Below, in pieces: positions 43,387 through 52,569 of a DNA stretch of 64,000 nucleotides. Every line of letters begins with the position of its first letter. The stretch's first letter is position 1. The notes beneath the pieces were generated by a model, which had not been told where the DNA came from, ran no database searches, and was given only the letters and a program-made list of their open reading frames with translations. Source of the DNA: Subdoligranulum sp. CAG:314 (lineage in GTDB: Bacteria > Bacillota > Clostridia > Christensenellales > CAG-314); NCBI GenBank assembly GCA_000437915.1, contig FR901000.1, positions 183,244-247,243 on the forward strand, written 5' to 3'. The position numbers and the translations under genes are program-made.

Positions 43387-45507
43387 ATGAGAATAACGGA
43401 AAGCAAAAAGATTACAGATTTTTTCGGCTGCAACGTCTTTAACGACGGCGTCATGCAGAAATATATGCCCCGCGAAACCTACAACGAGTTGAAGGAGGTC
43501 ACCGACCTCGGAAAGCCGCTCAACAAGGAGCTTGCCAACAAGGTGGCGAAAGCCATGAAGGAGTGGGCGGGCGACATGGGCGCGACGCACTACACCCATT
43601 GGTTTCAGCCGCTGACTGGCACCACGGCGGAAAAGCACGACAGCTTTATTTCCATAGACAAGTCGGGCAACACCGTGTTGGAATTTACCGGCAGCAATCT
43701 GCGCAAGGGAGAAGCGGACGCGTCCAGCTTTCCGTCGGGCGGAATCCGCGCGACCTTTGAAGCGCGCGGCTATACCGTGTGGGATTGCAGCAGTCCCGCG
43801 TTCATAAAAAAATCGCGCAACGGCGCGGGTATTTTGTGCATTCCCACCGCCTTCTGCTCGTACACGGGAGAAGCTCTCGACAAAAAGACGCCCCTTTTGC
43901 GTTCTATGGAGGCAATCAACCGCGAGGGAGTAAGACTGCTGAAAATTCTCGGCGTCGATGCGGAACGCGTAACCGCCAACGTGGGCGGCGAACAGGAATA
44001 TTTTCTCATCGACAAGCGGGACTACAACCGCCGCGACGACCTCAAATTCACGGGGAGAACGCTGTTCGGAGCCATGCCTCCCAAAGGACAGGAGAAAAAC
44101 GACCAATATTACGCCACGATAAAGGACAGGGTAAGCGACTTTATGGCGGAACTCAACGAGGAGCTGTGGAAGCTCGGTATCACCGCCAAAACACAGCACA
44201 ACGAGGTCGCGCCCGCGCAGCACGAGCTGGCTCCCATTTTCTGCACCGCTAACATCGCCACAGACCAGAATCAGCTCATCATGGAAACGCTGAAAAAGGT
44301 CGCGGACAATCACGGACTGACCTGCCTGCTGCACGAAAAACCCTTTGCCGGCGTCAACGGCAGCGGCAAACACAACAACTGGTCGCTTTGCACGGACAAA
44401 GGACTCAATCTGCTTAAACCCGGAGCCAACCCGTCGCAAAACTACCCATTTCTGCTGTTTTTCACGGCGGTTCTTGCGGCGCTTGACGAATATTTCGACC
44501 TTGTGCGCATGAGCGCCGCAACTCTCGGCAACGAAAGCCGACTCGGAGGCCACGAGGCGCCGCCCACCGTTATCTCGGCTTTCATCGGAGAGGATATGCA
44601 GCAGCTTTTCGACGCACTGCTCTCCCACTCGGCAACGGGCGCCCACGAAAAGCAGCGTTTAAACACGGGACTCAATTTCGTAGCCGACATAGGCAAGGAT
44701 TTTTCCGACCGCAACCGCACCTCTCCTTTTGCGTTTACCGGCAACAAATTCGAATTTCGCATGGTGGGCAGCTCCGCCACGCTGTCAACCCCCAACGTGG
44801 TGCTCAACGCCGCCGTTTCGGAAATGCTTTCGCGAATGTCGGACAGGCTTGAAAAAGCGGACAAAAGCCGTCTGCACGAAGAAGCGCTCGGTCTGGCGTG
44901 CGAATTTTACGAAAGGCACAAGCGGATAGTTTTCAACGGCAACGGCTACTCAAAGGAGTGGTTTGAGGAAGCCGAAAAGAGAGGGCTTGTGCATATAGAC
45001 AACAGCATAACCGCCTACGACGCGCTTTTGGCGCCGAAAAACGTCGCGCTGTTTGAAAAATTCAAAATCATGAACAAAAAGGAGCTGGAAAGCCGACGCG
45101 CCATTTATCTCGACAATTACGAAAAAACCGCGCTCATAGAAGCGCGCACCATGCTGATGATGGCAAAGCGGGAAATTTTGCCCGCCTGCATGGAGTGGGA
45201 GGACAAGCTTGCGCGGGATATAGAAAAGCTCAACGCGGCGGGCACGAATTTCGGCGGAGTGCAGAAAATACAGCTTGCGAAAACCGACGCGCTTGTGAAC
45301 GAGCTGTTTTCCGATATAGAAAAGCTGGAAGCGCAGATACAGGAAATGCAGGACTTGGAGTCGTCTTACGACAGTTGCGTGTTTTTCCGCGACAGAATAA
45401 AAGACACCATGGACGCCCTGCGCGCGGCGGCGGACAGTCTCGAAACAATCGTTTCGCGCAAGGTATGGCCCATACCCACCTACGCGGACATACTGTTTTA
45501 CGAATAA
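43387..45507 (+). CDS. glnN: Glutamine synthetase type III
   Basis: 706 aa. The N-terminus ...FGCNVFNDGVMQKYMPRETYNELK, the length, and central motifs such as NGSGKHNNWS fit GSIII. Confidence 0.9.
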   Translation: MRITESKKITDFFGCNVFNDGVMQKYMPRETYNELKEVTDLGKPLNKELANKVAKAMKEWAGDMGATHYTHWFQPLTGTTAEKHDSFISIDKSGNTVLEFTGSNLRKGEADASSFPSGGIRATFEARGYTVWDCSSPAFIKKSRNGAGILCIPTAFCSYTGEALDKKTPLLRSMEAINREGVRLLKILGVDAERVTANVGGEQEYFLIDKRDYNRRDDLKFTGRTLFGAMPPKGQEKNDQYYATIKDRVSDFMAELNEELWKLGITAKTQHNEVAPAQHELAPIFCTANIATDQNQLIMETLKKVADNHGLTCLLHEKPFAGVNGSGKHNNWSLCTDKGLNLLKPGANPSQNYPFLLFFTAVLAALDEYFDLVRMSAATLGNESRLGGHEAPPTVISAFIGEDMQQLFDALLSHSATGAHEKQRLNTGLNFVADIGKDFSDRNRTSPFAFTGNKFEFRMVGSSATLSTPNVVLNAAVSEMLSRMSDRLEKADKSRLHEEALGLACEFYERHKRIVFNGNGYSKEWFEEAEKRGLVHIDNSITAYDALLAPKNVALFEKFKIMNKKELESRRAIYLDNYEKTALIEARTMLMMAKREILPACMEWEDKLARDIEKLNAAGTNFGGVQKIQLAKTDALVNELFSDIEKLEAQIQEMQDLESSYDSCVFFRDRIKDTMDALRAAADSLETIVSRKVWPIPTYADILFYE

Positions 45508-45514
45508 ACCAAAA

Positions 45515-45545
45515 AACGGAGCCGTTGAAAGGCTCCGTTTTTTTC
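45515..45545. terminator. Bidirectional rho-independent terminator
   Basis: aacggagcc-gttgaaa-ggctccgtt flanked by an A-run and a T-run. It lies between glnN and the convergent MarR gene. Confidence 0.85.
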
Positions 45546-45554
45546 AAACTCTGT

Positions 45555-46076
45555 TCAAATGGTTTTAAGTCTTTTTCTGCTTCTTTCCCAAGCAACGGTA
45601 TCGTGCGGAATGACCTTTGAAAGTATCGCCGTGAGTTTTTTGGACAGTTCCATCATCTCGTCGAACTCCTCCTCGCTCATCGCCTCCGAGAAACGCCTGC
45701 GCACCCCCTCCCGCATCGCCTCGTTGTTTTCCCTGATTGTTTTCATTCCCAGCTCGGACAAGCTGATTGACGACTTTATGCCGTTGCGGCTTGTCACGCT
45801 TTTTTTGTCCACATAACCTTTGGCAACCAGCGTGTTTACGTAAGCCGAAAGATTCCTGTATTCTATGCCGCTCAACCCCGCAAGCTCTTTAAGCGTCACC
45901 CCCGGATGTCCGTACAAAGCGTAAAAAATCAGCTTCTCGTTGAATGTGGTATTTTTTATATAATCCAATTCGTCGTTTTCGGGAATGGACGCGAAAGCGT
46001 ATTTCAATGCAAAAAACAAATCGTCGTATATGCAGCCGTATTCGGCAATTTTTCTTTCGTCTATAAGTTGTGCCAT
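45555..46076 (-). CDS. MarR-family transcriptional regulator
   Basis: 173 aa with the wHTH LKELAGLSGIEYRNLSAYVNTLVAKGYVDKKSVTSRNGIKSSISLSELG. It is divergent from an LRR surface-protein gene. Confidence 0.8.
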   Translation of the reverse strand: MAQLIDERKIAEYGCIYDDLFFALKYAFASIPENDELDYIKNTTFNEKLIFYALYGHPGVTLKELAGLSGIEYRNLSAYVNTLVAKGYVDKKSVTSRNGIKSSISLSELGMKTIRENNEAMREGVRRRFSEAMSEEEFDEMMELSKKLTAILSKVIPHDTVAWERSRKRLKTI

Positions 46077-46086
46077 ATTTAAAGAT
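46075..46086. promoter_or_regulatory. 12-nt near-palindromic repeat, copy 1 (candidate MarR site)
   Basis: atatttaaagat overlaps the MarR start codon. An identical copy lies at 46157..46168. Confidence 0.35.
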
Positions 46087-46156
46087 TAACTCCACCTATT
46101 GGATTTGTCAAACAATTTAAAAGCAATAAAATGTAAATAATTTCAATATTTTGATA

Positions 46157-46168
46157 ATATTTAAAGAT
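46157..46168. promoter_or_regulatory. 12-nt near-palindromic repeat, copy 2 (candidate MarR site)
   Basis: atatttaaagat lies 26 nt upstream of the -35 of the LRR-gene promoter. Confidence 0.35.
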
Positions 46169-46193
46169 ATCATAATTTATGAGCCTTTTTTAA

Positions 46194-46222
46194 TTGACAA
46201 GCTGACGCTTATTTGGTATTTT
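46194..46222 (+). promoter_or_regulatory. Putative sigma-A promoter of the LRR surface-protein gene
   Basis: TTGACA (46194..46199), 17 nt, TATTTT (46217..46222), with TGg directly upstream (extended -10). Confidence 0.6.
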
Positions 46223-46266
46223 AAGAAAAAAGTAGCCATACTTGGCAAAAGAAAGGAGAGAAACAA

Positions 46267-47406
46267 ATGAAAAAGTTTTTCAAGACTCTGCTTCCGACTC
46301 TCGCGGCGATTCTGATTCTGTGCTTTTGTTTGGTCGGATGTCGGTCAGATTTCACCGTAAAATTTCAAACCGACGGAGGCACGCCCGTCGCGTCGCAAAA
46401 GGTAGCGAACGGAGAAAAAGCCGAAAAACCCGCGCAGCCCGAAAAAACCGGATTTGAATTCGGCGGCTGGTTCACAGAGCCTTCTTGCGCGCAAGGCACG
46501 GAATACGACTTTTCACTGCCTGTGGAAAGCGATCTGGTCCTTTACGCAAAGTGGACGGATAAATCCGACGTCGACTTTTTTACGATAACGGTGGTAAACG
46601 GCACGGGCGGAGGAAGTTACGCTTACGGCTCGTCAGTAACGCTTGCAGCCGCCGCGCCGTCCGGAAAAACCTTTGTCAAATGGACGAAAGACGGCAAGGA
46701 CTTTTCAACCAATCGTGAAATTACCGTTGAAGTAACCGCAAACGCCATTTACGAGGCAGTTTTTTCAGACAGTCAGTATACTCTTACATATATGCTGGAC
46801 GGAACGGTTTTCCAAACGCAAACATACATCTTTAACCAACAGATTGAAGCTCCGCGCCCCGACGACACGGAAGACTACCGCTTTGTCGAGTGGAAAGACC
46901 TGCCCGACGTCATGCCCGCGCAAGACATCACGGTTGTCGCCGAAATAGTAAGACTGCGCGCATTCGTGACTGTGTTCGGGGCGGAAGGCACGGGGCGGTA
47001 CGACGTCGGACAAGAGTTGACGCTAACCGCAACGGTACCCACAGGCTTTGAGTTTGGCGGCTGGATTGTGGACGGCGTAACCGTGGAAACGGGCGCTTCA
47101 TATACGTTTAAGGTGCAGGACGACGTGGAAGTTTACGCAGATATCAAGGACGTAAATTCGACGGATTACTTCATTTACGACGCCGATACGCTGTCCGCAA
47201 AGCCCGACGCGGCGTTTCCGCAAAAAATTATACTGCCCTCCTCCTATGACGGGATATACATCACCAAAATCGCGTCGGGAGGTTTCAAAAATCAGACGGA
47301 GATTGTGCAAGTTGTTCTGCCCGACACCGTTAAGGAAATAGGCGGCAGCGCGTTTGACGGCTGCAACAAGCTCCAAAAATCAATCTCGAAAACGTCGGGA
47401 TTTTAG
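46267..47406 (+). CDS. Surface lipoprotein, 5' part: Flg_new/InlB B-repeat modules plus the first LRR (frameshifted gene)
   Basis: 379 aa with AAGGAGAG upstream and lipobox CLVGC. Modules include FTVKFQTDGGTP...TGFEFGGWF...LVLYAKW. It ends inside an LRR unit (SAFDGCNKLQK) after an A5 run. Confidence 0.85.
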   Translation: MKKFFKTLLPTLAAILILCFCLVGCRSDFTVKFQTDGGTPVASQKVANGEKAEKPAQPEKTGFEFGGWFTEPSCAQGTEYDFSLPVESDLVLYAKWTDKSDVDFFTITVVNGTGGGSYAYGSSVTLAAAAPSGKTFVKWTKDGKDFSTNREITVEVTANAIYEAVFSDSQYTLTYMLDGTVFQTQTYIFNQQIEAPRPDDTEDYRFVEWKDLPDVMPAQDITVVAEIVRLRAFVTVFGAEGTGRYDVGQELTLTATVPTGFEFGGWIVDGVTVETGASYTFKVQDDVEVYADIKDVNSTDYFIYDADTLSAKPDAAFPQKIILPSSYDGIYITKIASGGFKNQTEIVQVVLPDTVKEIGGSAFDGCNKLQKSISKTSGF

Positions 47407-47435
47407 GCGACTTCGCTTTCAACAGATGCCCCTCG

Positions 47436-49829
47436 TTGCTTGCCGCCGACCTCTCGGCGCTTTTAAGCGCGGGCGCGTCCGCTTTCCTCGGCGCCGATTC
47501 GCTGGAAACGGCGATATTGGGCGAAAATCTGCAAAGCATATCTTCTTCGATGTTCGAGGGGTGCTCCTCCCTTAAACAAATCGTGCTGACGGACGGGATT
47601 TCAAGCGTAGAACCGTCGGCATTCAAAAACTGCACGGCTCTTGAAACAATAGAAATAGGCTCAGGCGTCGTCCGCTTCGCGGGTAACGCTCTCAACGGCT
47701 GCAAATCCCTGAAAGAAATAAACGTAAACCAAAAAAACAGCGCCTTTTCTTCCTCAAACGGCATACTGTTTGACAAATCGGGCATAAGGCTGGTTCTGTA
47801 TCCCGCAGGCAAAACGGCGACCTCCGTCAATATCGGCGACGGAATAAAAATTGTTTTTGAGCACGCTTTTGAAAACAACCCCTACATTCAATCGATAACG
47901 CTCGGCGCCGACATAGAGGAAATAGGCAATTTTGCCTTTGCAGGTTTGGAAGCTCTTGTTACATTCGACGTCAAAGACGGCTCCGCGCTCGCCTCAATCG
48001 GCGAACACGCTTTCGACGGTTGCTCTTCCCTGCTCTCTTTTTCCGCCCCGACGGCAACAGTTTCTATCGGCAAATATGCCTTTGCGGGCTGCGCGAAGCT
48101 GGAAACGGCGTCTTTTGACGGACTGGCTTCAATCCCCGACTACGCGTTCAACGGGTGCGCCGCACTGACTCAAATCAACCTCGGTCGCGTCGTTTCTGTG
48201 GGCGAGCACGCGTTTAACGATTGCTCGTCGCTGCGTCGGTTCGACTTTACTTACGTTGAAAGTCTGGCAATATATGCTTTCAGCGGCTGTCAAAACCTCG
48301 ACAACGTAATATTGAACGACAAAATCCCGTCTTTGCCGGATTACGTTTTCAACGGGTGCGTCTCGTTAACGGAAATTTCGCTTCCTCAAACTCTGAGCTC
48401 TGTCGGGCAATATGCGCTTGCCGGTACGGGAATAGTCCAAGCAGTCCTGCCGCAAAACGTCGAAACGGTGGGCGACTCGGCTTTTGAAGGCTGCGAAAAT
48501 CTTATTTCGGCTACGCTCGGACAAAAGGTCAGGGTTCTGGGAGCGTCGGCTTTCCAAAACTGCATTTCTCTTTCCGAAATAACGCTCAACGACGGCATTG
48601 AAGAAATCGGAAACCTGGCGTTTGCCAACTGCTCGTCGCTGTTTGTCGTCAAAATTCCGCAAAGCGTCGTGAAAGTAGGCAAATACGCGTTTTTGCAGAA
48701 CGGTCAAGGACTGAAAATTCTGTGCGTTGCCGACTCCGAACCCGAAGGCTTTGACGAAGAATGGAACTTCGGCGGCTATGAAGTCGTATGGGACTGCGAA
48801 AATCAGGTCGAAAACGCCGACTTTGATTTCAACCTGTCGACTGACGAAAAATATTATATACTCAAAGGCTTTGCTTCGGGCAAACAGGCTGCCGAGCTTC
48901 AACTCCCCTCCTCTCACAACGGCAAACCCGTCAAAGAAATCGCCGCCCAAGCATTTGTCATGAACGACTCCGTCGTGTCCGTCTCTATCCCCGCAAGCTA
49001 TGTCAAAATAGGCGACAGCGCGTTTTACTACTGCACTTCTCTCGCCTCGGTAACGTTTGCGGAAGGTCTTGAAGAAATAGGAAAAGACGCGTTCAGAAGC
49101 TGCAATCTCACTTCCGTTTCGCTTCCCGACGGCTTGAAAACGCTGGGTGAAGGCACGTTCAGAGAAAACGCCGGTCTTGCAGAGGCTTTGATTCCCGACA
49201 GCGTACAAACCGTCGGCGAGGGCGCGTTCAGAAAAAACTCGTCTTCTCTCGTAATTACCTGTAAGGCAAGCTCGAAACCCGACGGTTGGAACGAGTATTG
49301 GAATTACGACGACGCGCAGGTCGTCTGGGCGCAAGAAAGCGGAAACGAAAACGAAAAGAATTTCGTTTACAAACTGTCGGACGACGGCACGTTTTATCTC
49401 GTGGACGGTTTTGCCGACGGAGTAAGCCTTTCCGAAGTCCGCTTTCCGTCGGAATATGACGGCAAGCCCGTCAAAGGAATAAGCAACGGCATGAAATTTT
49501 ACGGAAACACCGATATAACTTCCGTCGTTTGCCCGTCCTCCTTTGAAATTTTAGGCGACAACGCGTTTTACGGCTGCACAAACCTCGAAAGCGTCACTTT
49601 GAACGAGGGACTCAAAGAAATCGGTCAAAACGCATTCCGCGATTGCGAAAAACTTAAATCCGTTACCGTCCCTTTCAGCGTGGAAATCATAAAAAGCGGC
49701 GCTTTCAGGGGCTGCGACGCTCTGACGATTACCTGCGAAAGAACGCAAGAGCAGATACCTGCGACGTGGGACTCAAACTGGAATCAAGACGACTGCCCCG
49801 TTATCTGGAAAGACGAGTCGGAAAGCTGA
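47436..49829 (+). CDS. Surface protein, 3' part: three BspA-type LRR cassettes (continuation of 46267..47406)
   Basis: 797-aa ORF whose frame is open from 47358. Upstream of the nominal TTG start it reads KINLENVGILGDFAFNRCPSL, continuing the LRR unit interrupted in the previous ORF. Confidence 0.85.
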   Translation: MLAADLSALLSAGASAFLGADSLETAILGENLQSISSSMFEGCSSLKQIVLTDGISSVEPSAFKNCTALETIEIGSGVVRFAGNALNGCKSLKEINVNQKNSAFSSSNGILFDKSGIRLVLYPAGKTATSVNIGDGIKIVFEHAFENNPYIQSITLGADIEEIGNFAFAGLEALVTFDVKDGSALASIGEHAFDGCSSLLSFSAPTATVSIGKYAFAGCAKLETASFDGLASIPDYAFNGCAALTQINLGRVVSVGEHAFNDCSSLRRFDFTYVESLAIYAFSGCQNLDNVILNDKIPSLPDYVFNGCVSLTEISLPQTLSSVGQYALAGTGIVQAVLPQNVETVGDSAFEGCENLISATLGQKVRVLGASAFQNCISLSEITLNDGIEEIGNLAFANCSSLFVVKIPQSVVKVGKYAFLQNGQGLKILCVADSEPEGFDEEWNFGGYEVVWDCENQVENADFDFNLSTDEKYYILKGFASGKQAAELQLPSSHNGKPVKEIAAQAFVMNDSVVSVSIPASYVKIGDSAFYYCTSLASVTFAEGLEEIGKDAFRSCNLTSVSLPDGLKTLGEGTFRENAGLAEALIPDSVQTVGEGAFRKNSSSLVITCKASSKPDGWNEYWNYDDAQVVWAQESGNENEKNFVYKLSDDGTFYLVDGFADGVSLSEVRFPSEYDGKPVKGISNGMKFYGNTDITSVVCPSSFEILGDNAFYGCTNLESVTLNEGLKEIGQNAFRDCEKLKSVTVPFSVEIIKSGAFRGCDALTITCERTQEQIPATWDSNWNQDDCPVIWKDESES

Positions 49830-49842
49830 CAGTGTTTGTTTA

Positions 49843-49872
49843 AAGCTCTCCTTAAAAGGGAGAGCTTTTTTC
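49843..49872 (+). terminator. Rho-independent terminator
   Basis: aagctctcc-ttaaaag-ggagagctt followed by TTTT. Confidence 0.85.
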
Positions 49873-50006
49873 CTGCCGAAGAAAATTTTCGAGCCGACAA
49901 GCCTCGTAAAAAATGAAATGTTCACGAAAATTGACTGTCTTTAATCGCGGCGAGCCGTTTTTATGATATAATAAAGTCAACAATAATATCGGGAAAAGGA
50001 TTTATC

Positions 50007-50303
50007 ATGAGCGACAACATCAACTTATTGGTTACTTACACAATCAAGGGAAACAAAAGACAGGAATTTTTGGCGGCGGTCAATCAGATTGATTTGGTGC
50101 GTAAAACGCGCAAGGAAACGGGCAACAAGGAATACAGATATCTGCTGCCCATAGACAATTACGCGCAGATTGTGCTTATAGAAAGCTGGACGGACGAGGA
50201 ATGTTTCAACAGGCATCGCGAGACGGAGCATTTTAAGGAGCTTGTCAAAATAAAAGAAAAATACGTCATCAACACGTCGACGGAAAATTTCAGAATTGTC
50301 TGA
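50007..50303 (+). CDS. ABM-domain (antibiotic biosynthesis monooxygenase-like) protein
   Basis: 98 aa. The pattern LVTYTIKGNKRQEF...IVLIESWTDEECFNRHRETEHFKEL is typical of this family. AAAGGA lies upstream. The gene is AT-rich compared with its neighbours. Confidence 0.7.
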   Translation: MSDNINLLVTYTIKGNKRQEFLAAVNQIDLVRKTRKETGNKEYRYLLPIDNYAQIVLIESWTDEECFNRHRETEHFKELVKIKEKYVINTSTENFRIV

Positions 50304-50384
50304 GTTTTCGAACATTTTAACGCAGCCGCAATCAAAATGGCTGTTTTCTTTTGATTCGGCGTTTCGGGCAGGCAAAAAAATCGC

Positions 50385-50413
50385 TTGCTTAAAACCGCGG
50401 CCGATAGTATAAT
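50385..50413 (+). promoter_or_regulatory. Putative promoter of ktrBA
   Basis: TTGCTT (50385..50390), 17 nt, TATAAT (50408..50413). This leaves a ~40-nt 5' UTR containing a small hairpin (ggcgt-tttg-acgcc). Confidence 0.45.
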
Positions 50414-50458
50414 TGCTTATATTGCGCCTTGGCGTTTTGACGCCTTGCGCCTGAAAAT

Positions 50459-51808
50459 ATGACAAAAAACAGAAACGGAAAGAAAATCAGGCTGAAAGAA
50501 ACGCAGCTTCTCATACTCGGCTATCTTTTGGTCATCCTCGTCGGCAGCTTTCTGCTCAGCCTGCCCGCGGCTTCAAGGGACGGAGAATGGACGAATTACG
50601 CCGACGCACTGTTCACGGCAACGTCCTCGACCTGCGTCACGGGATTGGTAACCGCCGACACGTTTCTCAAATGGACGGGCTTCGGGCAGGTCGTGATTCT
50701 CATTCTCATCCAAATAGGCGGGCTGGGGTTCATGACGGTTATTACCACCACCCTGATGGTTCTCGGCAGGAAAATAGGTCTGTACGAGCGCAAAATCCTC
50801 ATGCAGTCCGCAGGCACCATGAGACTGAGCGGCATAGTCCACCTTGTCCGCCGCATAACAATCGGCACCGCCATTTTTGAAGGCGCGGGCGCTTTGCTGC
50901 TGGCGACAAGGCTGTGTCCCAAGCTCGGCTTCTGGGAGGGACTTTATTCCTCCGTTTTCCACTCCGTTTCGGCTTTCTGCAACGCGGGCTACGACCTCAT
51001 GGGACGCTACGGCGCCTTCGGCTCGCTGGCTGCGTTTTCGGGCGATTGGGTTGTGTGTCTCACGATAATGGGACTTATTTTCATGGGCGGCATCGGCTTC
51101 ATCGTTTGGAGCGACGTTTTGGATTGCGGATTCAATCCCAAAAAATTCAGTCTGCATACCAAAATTGCCCTGTACGGCACGACGGCGCTCATATTTGCGG
51201 GAGCGCTGCTTTTCTGGCTGTTTGAAAAAAGCAACCTGCTTGTCGGAAAAAGCGCGGGAGAAAGCTTTCTCATATGTATGTTTATGTCGGTGACTCCCCG
51301 CACGGCAGGCTTTGCGACAATAGACTACGCCGCGGCGACGGACAGCTCTCTGCTTCTCACCATGTTTCTGATGCTCGTCGGCGGCAGCTCGGGCGGCACC
51401 GCAGGCGGCATAAAGGTCACTACCTTTGTTGTGATTATACTCGGCGTGGTTTCCTCCGCCCGCAGCGACGGCGACATCGTTATAGGCAAACGCCGTCTGG
51501 AAAAAAATCTTGTAAATCAGGCGCTCGGATTGCTTGCGGTTTACCTCGCGGCGATTTTCGCCGCAATCCTTATTATGAGCGCGATAGAGCCGTTTTCTTT
51601 GGCGGATATCGGCATAGAGGTTTTTTCGGCAATAAACACCGTCGGGCTGTCCACAGGAATAACTCCCGACCTAACCCTGACTTCGCAAATAATTTTAATG
51701 CTGCTCATGCTTATGGGCAGAGTGGGCGCGCTGTCCTTTACGCTTGCGTTTACTCAAAACAAACCGATACTCACCAAGTATCCCGTGGAAAAAATACTAA
51801 TCGGCTAA
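50459..51808 (+). CDS. ktrB: TrkH/KtrB-family potassium uptake membrane subunit
   Basis: 449 aa and polytopic. It has selectivity-filter-like repeats TATSSTCVTGL, IQIGGLGFMT, SAFCNAGYDL and GGSSGGTAGGIKVTT. Confidence 0.9.
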   Translation: MTKNRNGKKIRLKETQLLILGYLLVILVGSFLLSLPAASRDGEWTNYADALFTATSSTCVTGLVTADTFLKWTGFGQVVILILIQIGGLGFMTVITTTLMVLGRKIGLYERKILMQSAGTMRLSGIVHLVRRITIGTAIFEGAGALLLATRLCPKLGFWEGLYSSVFHSVSAFCNAGYDLMGRYGAFGSLAAFSGDWVVCLTIMGLIFMGGIGFIVWSDVLDCGFNPKKFSLHTKIALYGTTALIFAGALLFWLFEKSNLLVGKSAGESFLICMFMSVTPRTAGFATIDYAAATDSSLLLTMFLMLVGGSSGGTAGGIKVTTFVVIILGVVSSARSDGDIVIGKRRLEKNLVNQALGLLAVYLAAIFAAILIMSAIEPFSLADIGIEVFSAINTVGLSTGITPDLTLTSQIILMLLMLMGRVGALSFTLAFTQNKPILTKYPVEKILIG

Positions 51809-51819
51809 ACGGAGGAAAA

Positions 51820-52470
51820 ATGAAAAACATTCTGATAATCGGCATAGGCCGTCTCGGACGCCACCTTGCCGAAAAACTGACCGAGCTTAACAATTCGGTC
51901 ATGATTGTGGACAAGGACGAAAACATAATCAACGAGCTTGCTCCCCGCTTTACCGGCGCAATGATAGGCGACTGCACCAAGGAAGGCGTTTTGAGAAGTC
52001 TCGGCGTCAACAATTTCGATATCTGCTTCGTCACGATAAGCGACAACTTTCAGTCCTCTCTCGAAATCACTTCTCTACTCAAAGAGCTTGGCGCAAAGTA
52101 CGTCGTAAGCAAAGCCAACCGCGACTTGCAGGCAAAGTTTTTGCTGCGCAACGGCGCCGACGAGGTGGTCTATCCCGAAAGGGACATCGCGGAAAAGCTT
52201 GCAATCAGACACAACGCCAAAAATATTTTCGATTTCGTAGAGGTCACCGACGATTTCGCCATTTTTGAAATACCCATACTCAAAAAGTGGGCGGGCAAAA
52301 GCATAAGCGAAATAGACGTAAGAAAAACCTATCATATAAACGTGCTTGCGATTAAAAAAGGCGGAAATCTGAAAGTGCTGCCCGAAGCCAATTACGTTTT
52401 CGACCAAAGCGACCACATCATAGTCATCGGCAAACCCGCGGACGTTTTCAAGCTGACAAACCGCACCTGA
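51820..52470 (+). CDS. ktrA: TrkA-N/KtrA potassium uptake regulatory subunit
   Basis: ATG at 51820 after GGAGGAAAA. The Rossmann motif is MKNILIIGIGRLGRHLA. 216 aa. The longer track ORF (from 51274) is an out-of-frame overlap with ktrB. Confidence 0.9.
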   Translation: MKNILIIGIGRLGRHLAEKLTELNNSVMIVDKDENIINELAPRFTGAMIGDCTKEGVLRSLGVNNFDICFVTISDNFQSSLEITSLLKELGAKYVVSKANRDLQAKFLLRNGADEVVYPERDIAEKLAIRHNAKNIFDFVEVTDDFAIFEIPILKKWAGKSISEIDVRKTYHINVLAIKKGGNLKVLPEANYVFDQSDHIIVIGKPADVFKLTNRT

Positions 52471-52501
52471 AAACTGCGCCAATCCGCCCAAAAGAAATAA
52501 C

Positions 52502-52536
52502 AAGGACGCTGAAAATTCAGCGTCCTTTGATTTTTA
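52502..52536. terminator. Bidirectional rho-independent terminator
   Basis: aaggacgctgaa..ttcagcgtcctt palindrome followed by TGATTTTT. It lies between ktrA and the convergent trxB. Confidence 0.85.
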
Positions 52537-52569
52537 ATTTGAATTTTTTCCGCTTGCAAACCGAGCGTC

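Noticed and set aside
43363-44646. A 427-aa ORF antisense to glnN. Similar long antisense or out-of-frame ORFs include 25734..27134, 28445..29713, 36752..37987, 59516..60595, 48366..49334, 13270..14274, 11476..12528, 20026..20877, 16104..16766, 3490..4389 and 929..1789.
   Set aside because: Each lies entirely inside a gene with strong family motifs on the other strand or frame. Their translations are Arg/Gly/His-rich low-complexity sequence with no SD. They look like shadow ORFs produced by GC-rich codon bias.
50304-50458. A possible c-di-AMP (ydaO/kimA-type) riboswitch upstream of ktrB.
   Set aside because: The best promoter leaves a leader of only ~40 nt with one 5-bp hairpin. That is far shorter than the riboswitch, and I saw none of its conserved motifs. 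An Rfam scan would settle it.
51274-52470. A 398-aa ORF covering the end of ktrB plus ktrA.
   Set aside because: The upstream 180 codons are an out-of-frame overlap with ktrB. The Rossmann motif and GGAGG place the real start at 51820.
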